Of a stretch of DNA of 32,000 nt, positions 1 through 8,642 are shown one piece after another; position 1 is the stretch's first letter; the number at the start of each line of letters is the position of its first letter. The stretch comes from Micromonas pusilla. Taxonomy: Eukaryota. The position numbers were made by a program, and so were the translations under genes. The stretch spans positions 404,863 through 436,862 of the forward strand of contig GG663746.1 in the NCBI GenBank assembly GCA_000151265.1, read 5' to 3'. The notes under the pieces are model-generated. The model was not told the DNA's origin. It did not search any database and saw only the letters and a program-made list of their open reading frames with translations.

Positions 1-778
1 CGTCGCCGCGATCGCGGAGATGCCGGAGGACGAGCGCCCGTGGTGCGCGGCGACGAGAGTCGCGGAGCAACGCGAGACGGCGCGTCAGCGCGAAGAGAAC
101 GAGAGGAAGAAGAAGGAGCACCACGACCGGTACTTCAACATCGACGGCACGAAGAAGGTGGAGCGCCGCGCGGGGTTCCCGGAGTTGCCGGAAGATTACG
201 ACGTCGACGACGTCAAGCAGTGCAACGAGTCCGGCGCTGAGTTCCGACTGGACGATTCCGAGGACGGCGCCTCCGTCGTGCTCGACGTCAAGGTGGGGAA
301 GTACATGGACACGAGCCTCATGGACGTGGACGTCCAGACGCGTCTCGTGCGCGTGCTCGTCAAGGGGAAGATGCTGTGTTTGGTGTTGCCCGAGGAAGTC
401 AAGCCGGACGCGGCGTGCGCTCGGCGGAGTAAGACGACCGGGTCTCTCGTCGTGACGATGCCGAAGGCGCGACGGAGGGAGAAGGTTTGCTCGAAGGAGG
501 AGGATTACGTCGTCGACGGCGTCGACGGCGTTGACGGCGGCGCTGGCGCGGGAGGGAAGAAGAAGAAGAAGGGCGGGAACCCCGCGAACCCCGGAACGGG
601 GACGAAGAAGCTCGTGCGGGAGATGGGCGCGGTGAGCGTCCGAGGCATCGTGAGAGACGGCGAGAGCGGCAGCGCGTTCGACATGGTCGAGTCCGTGAGA
701 CAGGCCGCGCCCGCGTCGAGGGCGGAGCAGGTGGCGACGTACGGCAGCGACGACGACGACGAGCCGCCGCCGCTGTGA
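1..778 (+). CDS. CS (p23/HSP20-like) domain protein, C-terminal part. It resembles TilB/LRRC6-type axonemal dynein assembly factors. The 5' end lies outside the window.
   Basis: Frame 2 is open from base 2 to TGA 776-778, so the ATG at 20 is probably internal. The translation has a basic coiled stretch (REENERKKKEHH). This is followed by a CS-like segment, SVVLDVKVGKYMDTSLMDVDVQTRLVRVLVKGKMLCLVLPEEVKPDAACARRSKTTGSLVVTMPK, and an acidic tail ending DDDDEPPPL. GC3 bias is strong. The family call comes from remembered motif similarity only. Confidence 0.6.
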   Translation, partial: VAAIAEMPEDERPWCAATRVAEQRETARQREENERKKKEHHDRYFNIDGTKKVERRAGFPELPEDYDVDDVKQCNESGAEFRLDDSEDGASVVLDVKVGKYMDTSLMDVDVQTRLVRVLVKGKMLCLVLPEEVKPDAACARRSKTTGSLVVTMPKARRREKVCSKEEDYVVDGVDGVDGGAGAGGKKKKKGGNPANPGTGTKKLVREMGAVSVRGIVRDGESGSAFDMVESVRQAAPASRAEQVATYGSDDDDEPPPL

Positions 779-924
779 CGCGCGACCGCCGCGGCCGGAG
801 CCGGCTGGCGCGAGAATAAAATTAAAAATACTCGCATCAGATAGACCGACTACGACGGCGCCGACTCGATCGCGATCGACCACTTCGCCGGCCGCGCGGG
901 CCGCCTCTCCCTCGACGCGTCGAG

Positions 925-1347
925 ATGTCCGTCGCCGCGTCGCTCGCGCGCGTCCCCGCGGCCCGCGCGCCGCCGCGTCGCCGCCGCGTCGCATCGCGCG
1001 CGTCCTCGTCCTCGTCCTCGTCCTCGTCCCACGTCGCGTCCTCCTCGCCCGCCTCGGCCTCGGTCGTCGACGCGCGCGGGCGATCGACGGTCGCGTCCTC
1101 CGCGTCCGCGCGCGTCGCGGCGCTGACCGCGGCGGCGACGGCGACCGCGGCGCAGGCGGCGACGTCGGGCGAGTCGGTGTCTCAGGTCGCGACGTCCGAC
1201 GCGTGGTTCGGGTGGGCGTTCATCCCCGGCGGCCCCGTGCTCGGTCCCGCGCTGCTCTGCGCGGGGTTCATTTTGCTGCAAGCTGCGTACGAGAAGGCGA
1301 CGGGGACGGGGCCGAGCGGGAAGGGCGACGGGTCGAAGAAGCGATGA
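925..1347 (+). CDS. Hypothetical small protein with a Ser/Ala/Arg-rich organelle-presequence-like N-terminus and one C-terminal transmembrane helix
   Basis: ATG at 925, TGA at 1345-1347, 140 aa. Codon third positions are almost all G/C. A hydrophobic helix, WFGWAFIPGGPVLGPALLCAGFILLQAAY, is followed by a basic tail. The overlapping minus ORF 850-1557 is Arg-rich shadow. No family was recognised. Confidence 0.5.
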   Translation: MSVAASLARVPAARAPPRRRRVASRASSSSSSSSSHVASSSPASASVVDARGRSTVASSASARVAALTAAATATAAQAATSGESVSQVATSDAWFGWAFIPGGPVLGPALLCAGFILLQAAYEKATGTGPSGKGDGSKKR

Positions 1348-1618
1348 GCGGTGGGTATGGTACGTAGCCCTCGGAGCGACGAGGAGACTTTGTAACAACG
1401 ACGACGCGAGCGCGATCATCTTCTCAGCGGCGCGGGAGCGTCGAGACGCGCGACGCTCGCGAGCGCCGACCCGACCGCGGCGTCCTCGAAACCACCGCGA
1501 TGATGATGATGATGTGAGACGGCGAAAGTTCGCGCGACGTCCATCTCGGAACCGCATTTATCGCGAGCGCCGCCGCCGCGAGCGTCCGTCGGCGACCGTC
1601 GCGACGTCCTCGGCGGCG

Positions 1619-3626
1619 ATGCCGACCGCGACCGCGATGCGCGCGCTCGCGCCGACCCGCGCGCCGCGCGCGTCCGCGACCGCGTCCGCGACCGCGGAGC
1701 CGCGCGTCGCGCGGGGGCGCGGCGCGTCGACCCGCGACCACCGAATCCCCAGGGTTTTCTCTCGCCGCAACGTCGGCGTCGCGCCGATCTCGCGCGCGTC
1801 CGCCGAAGGAGACGCGTCCACGTCGTCCACGTCGTCCACGTCGTCCACGTCGTCGTCGCACCAGCTCATCACGTTCTTCCGGTTCACCACCGTGGAGGAC
1901 CCGCACGCGGAGGTGGAGGCACACCGCGACTTCGTGGAGACGAACCGCCTCGAGATTCGAGGCGCGTTCTATACACTGGTCCCCATACGACCGCGTTGGC
2001 GTGGTGAACGCTGATCCTTAAGGACTTCGTCCGGCGTGTCTCTCCGCCCACCCTCGGTTTCAATACCCGACCGCGATGCCTTTCAACTCCAACTGACGCC
2101 TTTGAACGCCACCCCGACGTTCGCTTCTATGGAACGACCCAAGGACGCATCTACGTCAACGAGCAAGGGGTGAACGCGCAGATGTCCGGCCGCGGCGACG
2201 ACGGCGAGCGGTACGCGCGCTGGGTGGAATCCCGCCCGGGCTTCGGCGGCATGCGGATATCCATCTACCCGATCTCATCGCAGGCGCACCCGAAGCTCTC
2301 GCTGCGGTACAAGCCCCAGCTCGTGCAGCTCGAGGGCGGGACGCGGCATCTCCCGATCACCGATCCGTCGCGACGCGGGATCCCGCTGTCGCCGGAGCGT
2401 TGGCACGCGATGCTCGAGAACGACGCGGATAACGATCCCGACGCCGCGCCGGTGCTGCTGGACGTCAGGAACGGGTACGAATGGGACGTCGGGCACTTCC
2501 GCGGCGCGAAACGGCCGGTCCAGGAGTCGTTTCGCGAGACGGTGGAGACGAACGTCGACGCGACGGGCGGCGGGCCGCTCGCTGGCGTGCGCAAGGCGCG
2601 TTCTGTACACTGGTTCCCATACGACCCCGTCGGCGTGGTGAACGCCGATCCTTAAGGACTTTGCCGGGCGCATCTCTCCGCCTAGGGTCCCTCGCTTTCG
2701 ATCCCCGCCATCGACGCCTTTCAACTCCGCTTCTGACGCCTTTCAACGCCACCCCGACGTTCGCTTCTACGGAACGACCCAAGGACGCGCCGATCATGAT
2801 GTACTGCACCGGAGGCATTCGCTGCGACGTGTACAGCACGGTGCTCAGAGAGCAAGGGTACGACAACGTCTTCACGCTCGAGGGCGGCGTGCAGGCGTAC
2901 TTCGACGCGTACGGGAAGAGGGACGATTGCCTGTGGGACGATCAGCTCTTCGTGTTCGACTCGAGGCTGGCGATGACGCGCGACGGGCGACCGAGCTCAG
3001 AGGCGGGCGACGACGCCGCGACGCTGACGTGTCACTGCTGCTCAGAGAAGCGCGCGCCTCCGCCGCATCGAAACTGCCCGAACGTGGACTGCAACCGGCT
3101 CTTCTTGGTCTGCCCCGCGTGCCGCGCGAAACTCGGCGGGTTCTGCTGCGGCGAGTGCGCCAAGGCGAGCCACGCGCGGCCGCCGCTGCTCGAGCCAGGA
3201 CGGTACCGGCGGTTCGCGCATTACGCGGAGGGCGAGGCGATGTCGCGGAGCGAGCGACGAGGCGACGGCAGAGCGCGGCGGCGAAAAGCGCGCAGGGAGC
3301 GGAAGAAGCGAGAGAGAGAGCGAGACCACGTGTGGGGAGAAGACCATGAGCGCGGCGACGTGACGCGCGCGGTGCGGGTGTTGGAGAAGGCGGCGCGCGA
3401 CCCGGCGGCGTTTGGCGACGGACCGGACGGCGGCGGGACGTTGGCGTCGCGGACGCGGTCGATCGTGAAAGCCGCGGGGTTGCTCGACGCGCGCGACGAC
3501 GACGACGACGACGCGGGCGGCGAGGTCGGCGCGCGGAGGGCGAGGTTGCGGGACGCCGCGGAGGCGATCGCGGCGGGGAAGGACGTCGACCTGATCGAGC
3601 TCGCGCGCGAAGTGGAGGTGAAATGA
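1619..3626 (+). CDS. trhO: Rhodanese-domain protein of the TrhO/YceA (UPF0176) family, tRNA uridine-34 hydroxylase-like. Three exons: 1619-1961, 2144-2595 and 2784-3626.
   Basis: The spliced product is continuous across both junctions. It restores motifs remembered from E. coli YceA: LEIRG|RIYVNEQGVNAQMSG (cf. GRVYLAHEGINAQISV) and GVRK|DAPIMMYCTGGIRCDVYS (cf. KKIVMYCTGGIRCEKAS). The C-terminal tail is Cys-rich (CHCC...CPNVDCNRLFLVCPACRAKLGGFCCGEC). Frames are 2, 1 and 0 for the three exons. Intron lengths of 182 and 188 nt give the required shifts. ATG 1619 is the first ATG in frame (the track start at 1514 is GTG); ATG 1637 is an alternative. TGA at 3624-3626. Confidence 0.85.
1817..1852 (+). 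repeat. Tandem 9-bp repeat (TCCACGTCG x4) inside exon 1 of the rhodanese gene, encoding (STS)n
   Basis: Read directly from the sequence: tccacgtcg repeated four times. The translation is STSSTSSTSSTS. Confidence 0.9.
1962..2143 (+). mobile_element. Introner-element-type repeat, copy 1. It is intron 1 of the rhodanese gene (182 nt, GC-AG, phase 1).
   Basis: Starts GCGCGTTCTATACACTGGTCCCCATACGACC and ends GGAACGACCCAAG. The first 66 nt differ from copy 5 at one position. Contains the palindrome TCCTTAAGGA (2015-2024) and CTGAC (2093-2097). An in-frame stop at 2012-2014 truncates the naive ORF. Splicing 1961^2144 restores the frame and the conserved motif. Confidence 0.9.
2596..2783 (+). mobile_element. 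Introner-element-type repeat, copy 2. It is intron 2 of the rhodanese gene (188 nt, GC-AG, phase 0).
   Basis: Starts GCGCGTTCTGTACACTGGTTCCCATACGACC and ends GGAACGACCCAAG. Palindrome TCCTTAAGGA at 2649-2658. A stop at 2653-2655 ends the exon 2 frame. Splicing 2595^2784 joins ...GVRK to DAPIMMYCTGG. Confidence 0.9.
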
Positions 3627-3890
3627 ATGATTTCGTCGCGATCGATCGGTCGTCTCGTTCTTCGTACACGTGTCTTTCTTTTGTTATTTAATATCAGATG
3701 GCACGACGACCGTGTTAGTGTTATATGTTACGTGTTGCGTCGTCGCGCGAAAGCAACAGAATAGGGTACAGGGCGACCGCGCCGCGACCGAGGCGTTTTC
3801 GCCCGGGCGCGGCGCGTCGCGACGTGAAAAGAATACTGTATAGTTTCGGTCTCGCGCGGGCTGGGCGGGTCGGTCCGCGCGGGTCGCGCC

Positions 3891-4758
3891 TCACGCGTCG
3901 TCCACGACGACGCGAACGCCCTTGACGCACAGTTCCACCACGCGCGTTGCGGCGACGGCGTCCGCGCGCTTCGCGAACCGAACCGTCCCCGCGGACGTCC
4001 CCGGCGTCGTCGCCGCGCCCAGCACGGCGCCGTGCGGCGCGAACGTCTTGTATAAAAACAACTCGTCCGCCTCCGGGGGGAGGTTGTACGCCGTCACCCC
4101 GCACGGATCGTCGTCGCGTCGACGCTTCATCTCAGACGCGTCGAGTTCCTCGTCCAGGGAGTCGAGCATCGCGGCCGCGGCTTCCGCGGATATCCCGGGC
4201 GTCTCCGCGCGATCCCACGCCGAAGGAGACGCCCCGGGCCCCGGGTCGCCGCCGCCCGCGCCGCCGAAGAGACTCGTCGACCCTCCTCCGAGCCCCCCCG
4301 CGGTCTTCGGCAGAGAGACGACGTCGCTGCCGACGCTGCCGACGTTTAAGCTCTCGCTGCTGCCGCGCGATCGCGGCGGCACCGGCGCGCGCATGGACCA
4401 TATCCCGCCGTCCCTCTCGAGCGACCCGACCGGGGAGACGGCGCCCGGCGCGAGGGAGGTGACGTTTCCGTACGACGCGCCGCGCCCGCCGAGAGACGAC
4501 CCACCGAACGCGGTCCCTCCCCTGACCGGCGCTTCGTACGCGCTCTGGGGAGGCGCTCCGCCGCCAGAGACGCCGCCGCCGCCGCCGCCGCCACCGCCGA
4601 TGTCGAGCCCGCCGGTGAACATCGCGGAGAGACCGCCGACGCCGCCGTGCGTCGAGCCGTGCATCGAGCCGCCGCCGTGCATCGAGCCGTGCATCGACGC
4701 GAGCGACCCCATCGACCCGCCCATCGACCCGCCCATCGACCCTAACGAACCGAGAGGC

Positions 4759-4795
<37 letters not shown>

Positions 4796-6297
4796 TCTGG
4801 CCGAGCAGCGCGCCGAGCTGCGCGAGGTTCCCCGCGCTGCCGCCGCGACCGACTGTTTGCCCGACTGTTTGCCCGTACAGAGACCCGCCGGCGACGCTCC
4901 CGCCGGCGTCGCTCCCGGGACCGCCGCCCGGGACCCCCGCGTGCACGCTCCCTCCACTATTCACGTTCGCGCTCATCATCATCGCCGCGGCCGCGTTGTG
5001 CTGCTGCGCGAGGAGCATCGACGCGATGTCGAGGTTGCGAACGCTCCCGCCCGCGCTCATGGCGGCGGCGGACATCGCCGCCATCAGCGCGCTGCCCGGA
5101 GACACCACGCCCGGGTGCCCGGCGCCGCCGAACGCGCCGGGGACCCAGTCGTTGCCGCCGTTCAGGGCGCCCGGGATGTTCACGCCGTCGATGCCAACAC
5201 CGCCGTGGACGCTGTTCCCGCGACTGTTCGAATTCCCGGAATTCGCGCCGCGTTTCGCCTTGCCGTGCGAATCGGCGAATCGAATCACGAGCGGGACGGC
5301 GCCCCCCGCGGGGACGCGCCCGTTCGCGGTCACGACCGCGCTCGCCGCCTGCTCCGCGCTCGCGAACCGAATCAGCGCGCCCGCGGTCGTCGTCCCGGAC
5401 GCGTGCAGCAGCCGGCACTCGATGATCGCCCCGAACACCTTGAAGAACGCTCTCAGTTCCACCTCGGTCCACCGCGGCGGCAAGCCTTTGACGTAGATGT
5501 TATCGCTCGGCGTCCCGATCCCCGCCGCCGCCGTCGTCGCGCTGCTGTCGCTGTTCGCGAACTTCACCTCCAGCGTGCGTCCTCGCACGCTCTTGCCGTG
5601 CATCTCCTTGATCGCGCTCTCCGCGGATTGGACGCCGTCGAACTTGACGAACCCGAACCCCCTCGACGTGTTCGTGCTCACGTCCCTAATCACGCAGCAC
5701 GACTCGACGACGCCGAACGCGTCGAAGACGCTCTTCAGCGTGAGTGGAGTTGAAAGGCGTCAGTTGAAGTTGAAAGGCGCCGAGGGCGGGGATTGAAAGC
5801 GAGGGATGGGCGGAGAGAGACGACGGCAAAAGTCCTTAAGGATCGGCGTTCACCACGCGAACGCGGTCGTATGGGAACCAGTGTATAGAACGCACCTTCA
5901 GCGTGAGCTCGTCCACGTCCTCCGCGAGGTTCTTCACGTACACGTTGCTGTGCTGCTGCTGATGGGTGGCGGCGTTACTCATGTTGTCACTGCGCGCGTG
6001 CTGCATGGCGGCGGCGGAGGGCAGCGGCGACGGCGCCGTCGCGCCGGTCGAGAGGTTCGCGAACGAGCCGCCGCGACCGCGCGGGGCGGTCGTCGAAACC
6101 GTCGTGGTCGACGTCGTCGACGTCGTCGTCGACGAGGTCGTCGCGCCGGGTCCCGCTCCCGAGGCGGACGCGACGCCGGTGGATCCGTCCTTCGGCGACG
6201 CGCCCCACGGCGCGGGGATCGCGGTCAGACCCGCGCGCGGCGGCGGCTGCGTCGCGAACGGATCGTTGACGCCGAACGCGCGCGGCTCGCCGAGCAT
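3891..6297 (-). CDS. RNA-binding protein with three RRM domains plus Gly-rich and polyQ low-complexity regions (ELAV/CELF-like architecture). Exons 5896-6297 and 3891-5732.
   Basis: RRM1 is rebuilt only after splicing: NVYVKNLAEDVDELTLK|SVFDAFGVVESCVIRDVSTNTSRGFGFVKFDG. The RNP1 motif is RGFGFVKF. RRM2 includes NIYVKGLPPRWTEVELRAFFKVFGAI. The C-terminal RRM includes TAYNLPPEADELFLYKTFAPHGAV...GTVRFAK. The start is taken as ATG 6297 (MLGEPRAFG...), because GC3 bias begins there and the upstream in-frame part is Arg-rich. TGA at 3891-3893. Confidence 0.8.
4758..4793 (-). repeat. CAG/CAA trinucleotide repeat encoding Q12 in the RRM protein
   Basis: The plus strand reads (ctg)6 ttg (ctg)5. The minus-strand translation is MQQQQQQQQQQQQP. 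Confidence 0.9.
5733..5895 (-). mobile_element. Introner-element-type repeat, copy 3. It is the intron of the RRM gene (163 nt, GT-AG, phase 0) and a short variant with a different 3' end.
   Basis: The minus strand starts GTGCGTTCTATACACTGGTTCCCATACGACC. It shares the core, including TCCTTAAGGA (5833-5842) and AACTGACGCCTTTCAACTCCAC. It then ends TCACGCTGAAG, which repeats the last 11-12 nt of the upstream exon (CTCACGCTGAAG, 5896-5907). Confidence 0.9.
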
Positions 6298-6779
6298 CCG
6301 ACGCTGACCGTCGGCACGACGACGACGCGAGATCTGCGCGTCCGTCCCGCGCGAAAAAGTTCTCTCGCTCCCTGGGGCGTCGTCGACGCGCGGTGCGGTG
6401 GGGTCGCGCGCGCGCGCCGAGCGACCGCGCGCGCGCTTCGCCCGCGCCGCGCGATGCGAACGAGGCGCGGACGCGAGGGAGCTCCCGCGCGTCGCACGAT
6501 CGTCCGCGTTCGCGCGACGTGGTGAATGGTTCGCGCGGTCTCTGCCAAACGTCGAAAGCGCGCGGAAAACGACCCTTGGTGCAATGGAAAGATCGGTCGC
6601 AATGGAACCACGGTCGCACGTTGGACCACGCGCTATGGCGACCAGTCTCGCGACCGCGCGCGTACTCGCGCGTCGCGTACGCTCATTGGTCGACGCGCGA
6701 CACGGTGCTCCTTTACTTGTACCGCGAATACGCGTTTTTTGGCACTTCACCGGTCAATATTGACCGGTGACCTCGACAG

Positions 6780-6892
6780 GGGATTTTGGTCTAGTGGCAT
6801 GATACCTCCTTTGGGTGAACCAAGACGGCGGTTCAACCCGTGTCTGCACTCAAGCGTGGAGGTGGTCGGGGGTTCGATTCCCCCAAGTCCCC
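6780..6892 (+). tRNA. tRNA-Pro (anticodon UGG) with a 41-nt intron at the canonical 37/38 position (6816-6856)
   Basis: Manual cloverleaf. Acceptor GGGATTT/AAGTCCC with one G-U pair, then TG. D arm GTCT-AGTGGCA-TGAT. Anticodon stem CCTCC/GGAGG. Loop TTTGGG[intron]T with TGG at 6812-6814. Variable loop TGGTC. T arm GGGGG-TTCGATT-CCCCC. Discriminator C. The intron contains CCAA, complementary to the anticodon region. The body closely resembles the intronless tRNA-Pro at 10569-10640. Confidence 0.85.
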
Positions 6893-7043
6893 TATGAGTA
6901 TCAGTCTGAGATATTATCAGGCCCGTAGTACGAAATAGCACCTGTCGACTTTTGATGATGTTTTCGTCTCGACGGCGACGACGACGCAGACGACGCGACG
7001 CGTCGCCGCCCGCCGCCGCTCGACGGCGTCGGCGGCGGCGTGG

Positions 7044-8412
7044 ATGTCGACGTCGATCCCTCCGCGCGAGGAGTCCGCGCGGTGCGCCATCGCCCGTCCG
7101 CGCGACCGCGACGTCCCCGCCCCGCCTCGTTCGTCCTTTTCGTCGTCGTCACGTTCCATTCAACCCTTCGTCCGTCCTCCCTTCGCTCCCCTCCCTCCTC
7201 AGGACGAAGCGCAAGCGCGAGGCTCGCGACGCGCTCGACGCGCGCGACGAGCGCGCGCTCCTCGAGCGCCGCGTCCGCGCCGCGCTCGCGCTCGCGCCCT
7301 CGCAACGCGCGCGATGCGACGAGGAGCTCCTTCTCGCGCACGCGTCGCTCGCGGACGCCGTCGTCGCGACGGACGCGCGCGTCGCGCGCGACCGCGCGCG
7401 CGCGGCCGCGCGCGCGGCCGAGACCCACGACGCCCCGGACGCGCTCGAAGAGAAACTAAAGCGCTTGATCGACTTGGTGAGGCGCGCGGCATCGCGCGAC
7501 GGCGGCGGCGTCGTGATCCACACGGGCGCGGGGGTCAGCACCGCCGCGGGCGTCCCCGATTTTCGCGGGCCCTCCGGGGTGTGGACGATGCGCGACGTCG
7601 GCGTCGACGTCGCCGTGCCGAAGTTCGAGCGCGTCGTACCCACGAAAGCGCACATGGCGATCGCGGCGCTCGTCCGCGCGGGCGTGGTGAAGCGCGTCGT
7701 GACGCAAAACGTGGACGGCTTGCACGCGCGCTCCGGGTGCGACGACGACAAAGTCTCCCGACTCCACGGCTGCGTGTACGAGGAGACGTGCGTCAACGAG
7801 CGCTGCGAGAAGTTCGAATTTCGCGTCAAGCGAGCGTTCGACGTCACCGCCGGGAAGCTGTCGGAAGGGCGCATGCATCGGCACCGGACCGGGCGCGCGT
7901 GCGACGCGTGCGGCGAGGAACTGCGCGACACGATCGTGCACTTCGGCGAACGCTTACATCCGCCGACGCTTCTGGCGGCGACGCGGGCGAGCGCGGACGC
8001 GGCGCTGAGCGTCGTCGTCGGGACGTCGCTGAAGGTGCCGCCCGCGTCGACGCTGCCGGGGAAGTCGCGGAATCGCGTGATATGCAACCTGCAGTGGACG
8101 CGGTACGACGCGACGGCGGCGATGAAGATACACGCCAGGGCGGACGAGGCGATGACGCGACTGTGCGAGGGGTTAGGCGTGGAAGTACCCGAGTACGACG
8201 CGCGATCGGACCCGGTCGGCGCGGCGTTTCTCGCGTCGGGGGGGACGTTTCTCCTCGCGGGGAAAAAGGAGGAGGAGGAGGAAGAGAAGGAGGGGGGCGA
8301 CGCGAGCGCGCTCGCGGCGGGCGCGGGGGCGGGCCGGGGGCGGGCCGGGGCGAAGAAAAAAAATAGACGGGGGAGAGGGTCGAAGCCCTGCGTGCCGAGA
8401 CCGACGTCGTGA
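7044..8412 (+). CDS. Class IV sirtuin (SIRT7/SIRT6-like NAD-dependent deacylase). Main exon 7203-8412, with a probable 38-nt first exon at 7044-7081.
   Basis: The catalytic core contains GAGVSTAAGVPDFRGPSGVW, QNVDGLHARSG, the Zn ribbon CVNERC...CDAC and TIVHFGERL. The N-terminal basic coiled region (KRKREARDALDARDERALLERR) resembles SIRT7. The 5' model is ATG 7044 ...GCG CG|GTGCGCC ... cccctccctcctcag|G ACG AAG, which is frame-consistent and gives MSTSIPPREESAR-TKRKRE. The alternative is an unspliced start at ATG 6955, which gives an Arg-rich, poorly biased leader only 63 nt downstream of the tRNA. TGA at 8410-8412. Confidence 0.8.
7082..7202 (+). other. Putative conventional spliceosomal intron (121 nt, GT-AG) in the sirtuin gene
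   Basis: Donor CG|GTGCGC. A long pyrimidine tract (ccttcgtccgtcctcccttcgctcccctccctcctcag) precedes the acceptor. Phase 2 is consistent with the downstream frame. No transcript evidence is available. Confidence 0.5.
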
Positions 8413-8490
8413 GACGCGAGTCCGCGCTGTGCTCTCGTCGACGTGAACTGCTACTGTTGATAGTCTACGGTGTCTACTCTACGTCGAACG

Positions 8491-8597
8491 TCAAACGTCG
8501 TCCTCGCGCGTCTTCTTCGACCTGTCCTGAAGCTCCAACTCGCACACCGTGGGAAGCAGCGACTCCGCCGAGCCGCTTCCCTTCTCTTCGTCGTCGC

Positions 8598-8642
<45 letters not shown>

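Noticed and set aside
850-1557. Long Arg/Gly-rich ORFs on the opposite strand or in off-frames of real genes. Examples are 850-1557 (-), 5806-6525 (+), 7044-8366 (+, beyond its first 13 codons), 10178-11905 (-), 13124-14590 (+), 14580-16778 (-), 14729-17539 (+), 16987-18231 (-), 18321-20099 (+), 23676-25751 (+), 26142-27416 (+) and 29425-30345 (-).
   Set aside because: They are shadow ORFs expected in a genome with this G+C level and GC3 bias, where stop codons are rare in all frames. Their compositions are dominated by R, G, A and P with no recognisable motifs. Each overlaps a frame with clear homology or much better codon bias.
1966-2143. A canonical GT-AG reading of repeat copies 1 and 2, with the donor at the GT inside GCGCGTTCT (1966 and 2600)
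   Set aside because: Intron lengths of 178 and 184 nt give the wrong phase relative to the downstream conserved exon frames. Only the GC donor 4 nt upstream (1962 and 2596) restores frame and motif continuity.
3922-5496. A 524-aa plus-strand ORF antisense to the RRM gene, with a polyCys run (CCCCCCCCCCCC) and Pro-rich repeats
   Set aside because: The polyCys run is the antisense reading of the CAG repeat. The minus-strand frame contains three bona fide RRM domains, so the plus-strand frame is a mirror artefact.
6955-7202. The unspliced N-terminus of the sirtuin ORF (MMFSSRRRRRRRRRDASPP...)
   Set aside because: This is kept only as an alternative. The composition is Arg-rich with many CGA/CGT codons, which is atypical for coding sequence here. 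It would start 63 nt after a tRNA gene. It also ends in a strong pyrimidine tract plus AG that matches an acceptor. The two-exon model from ATG 7044 is frame-consistent.
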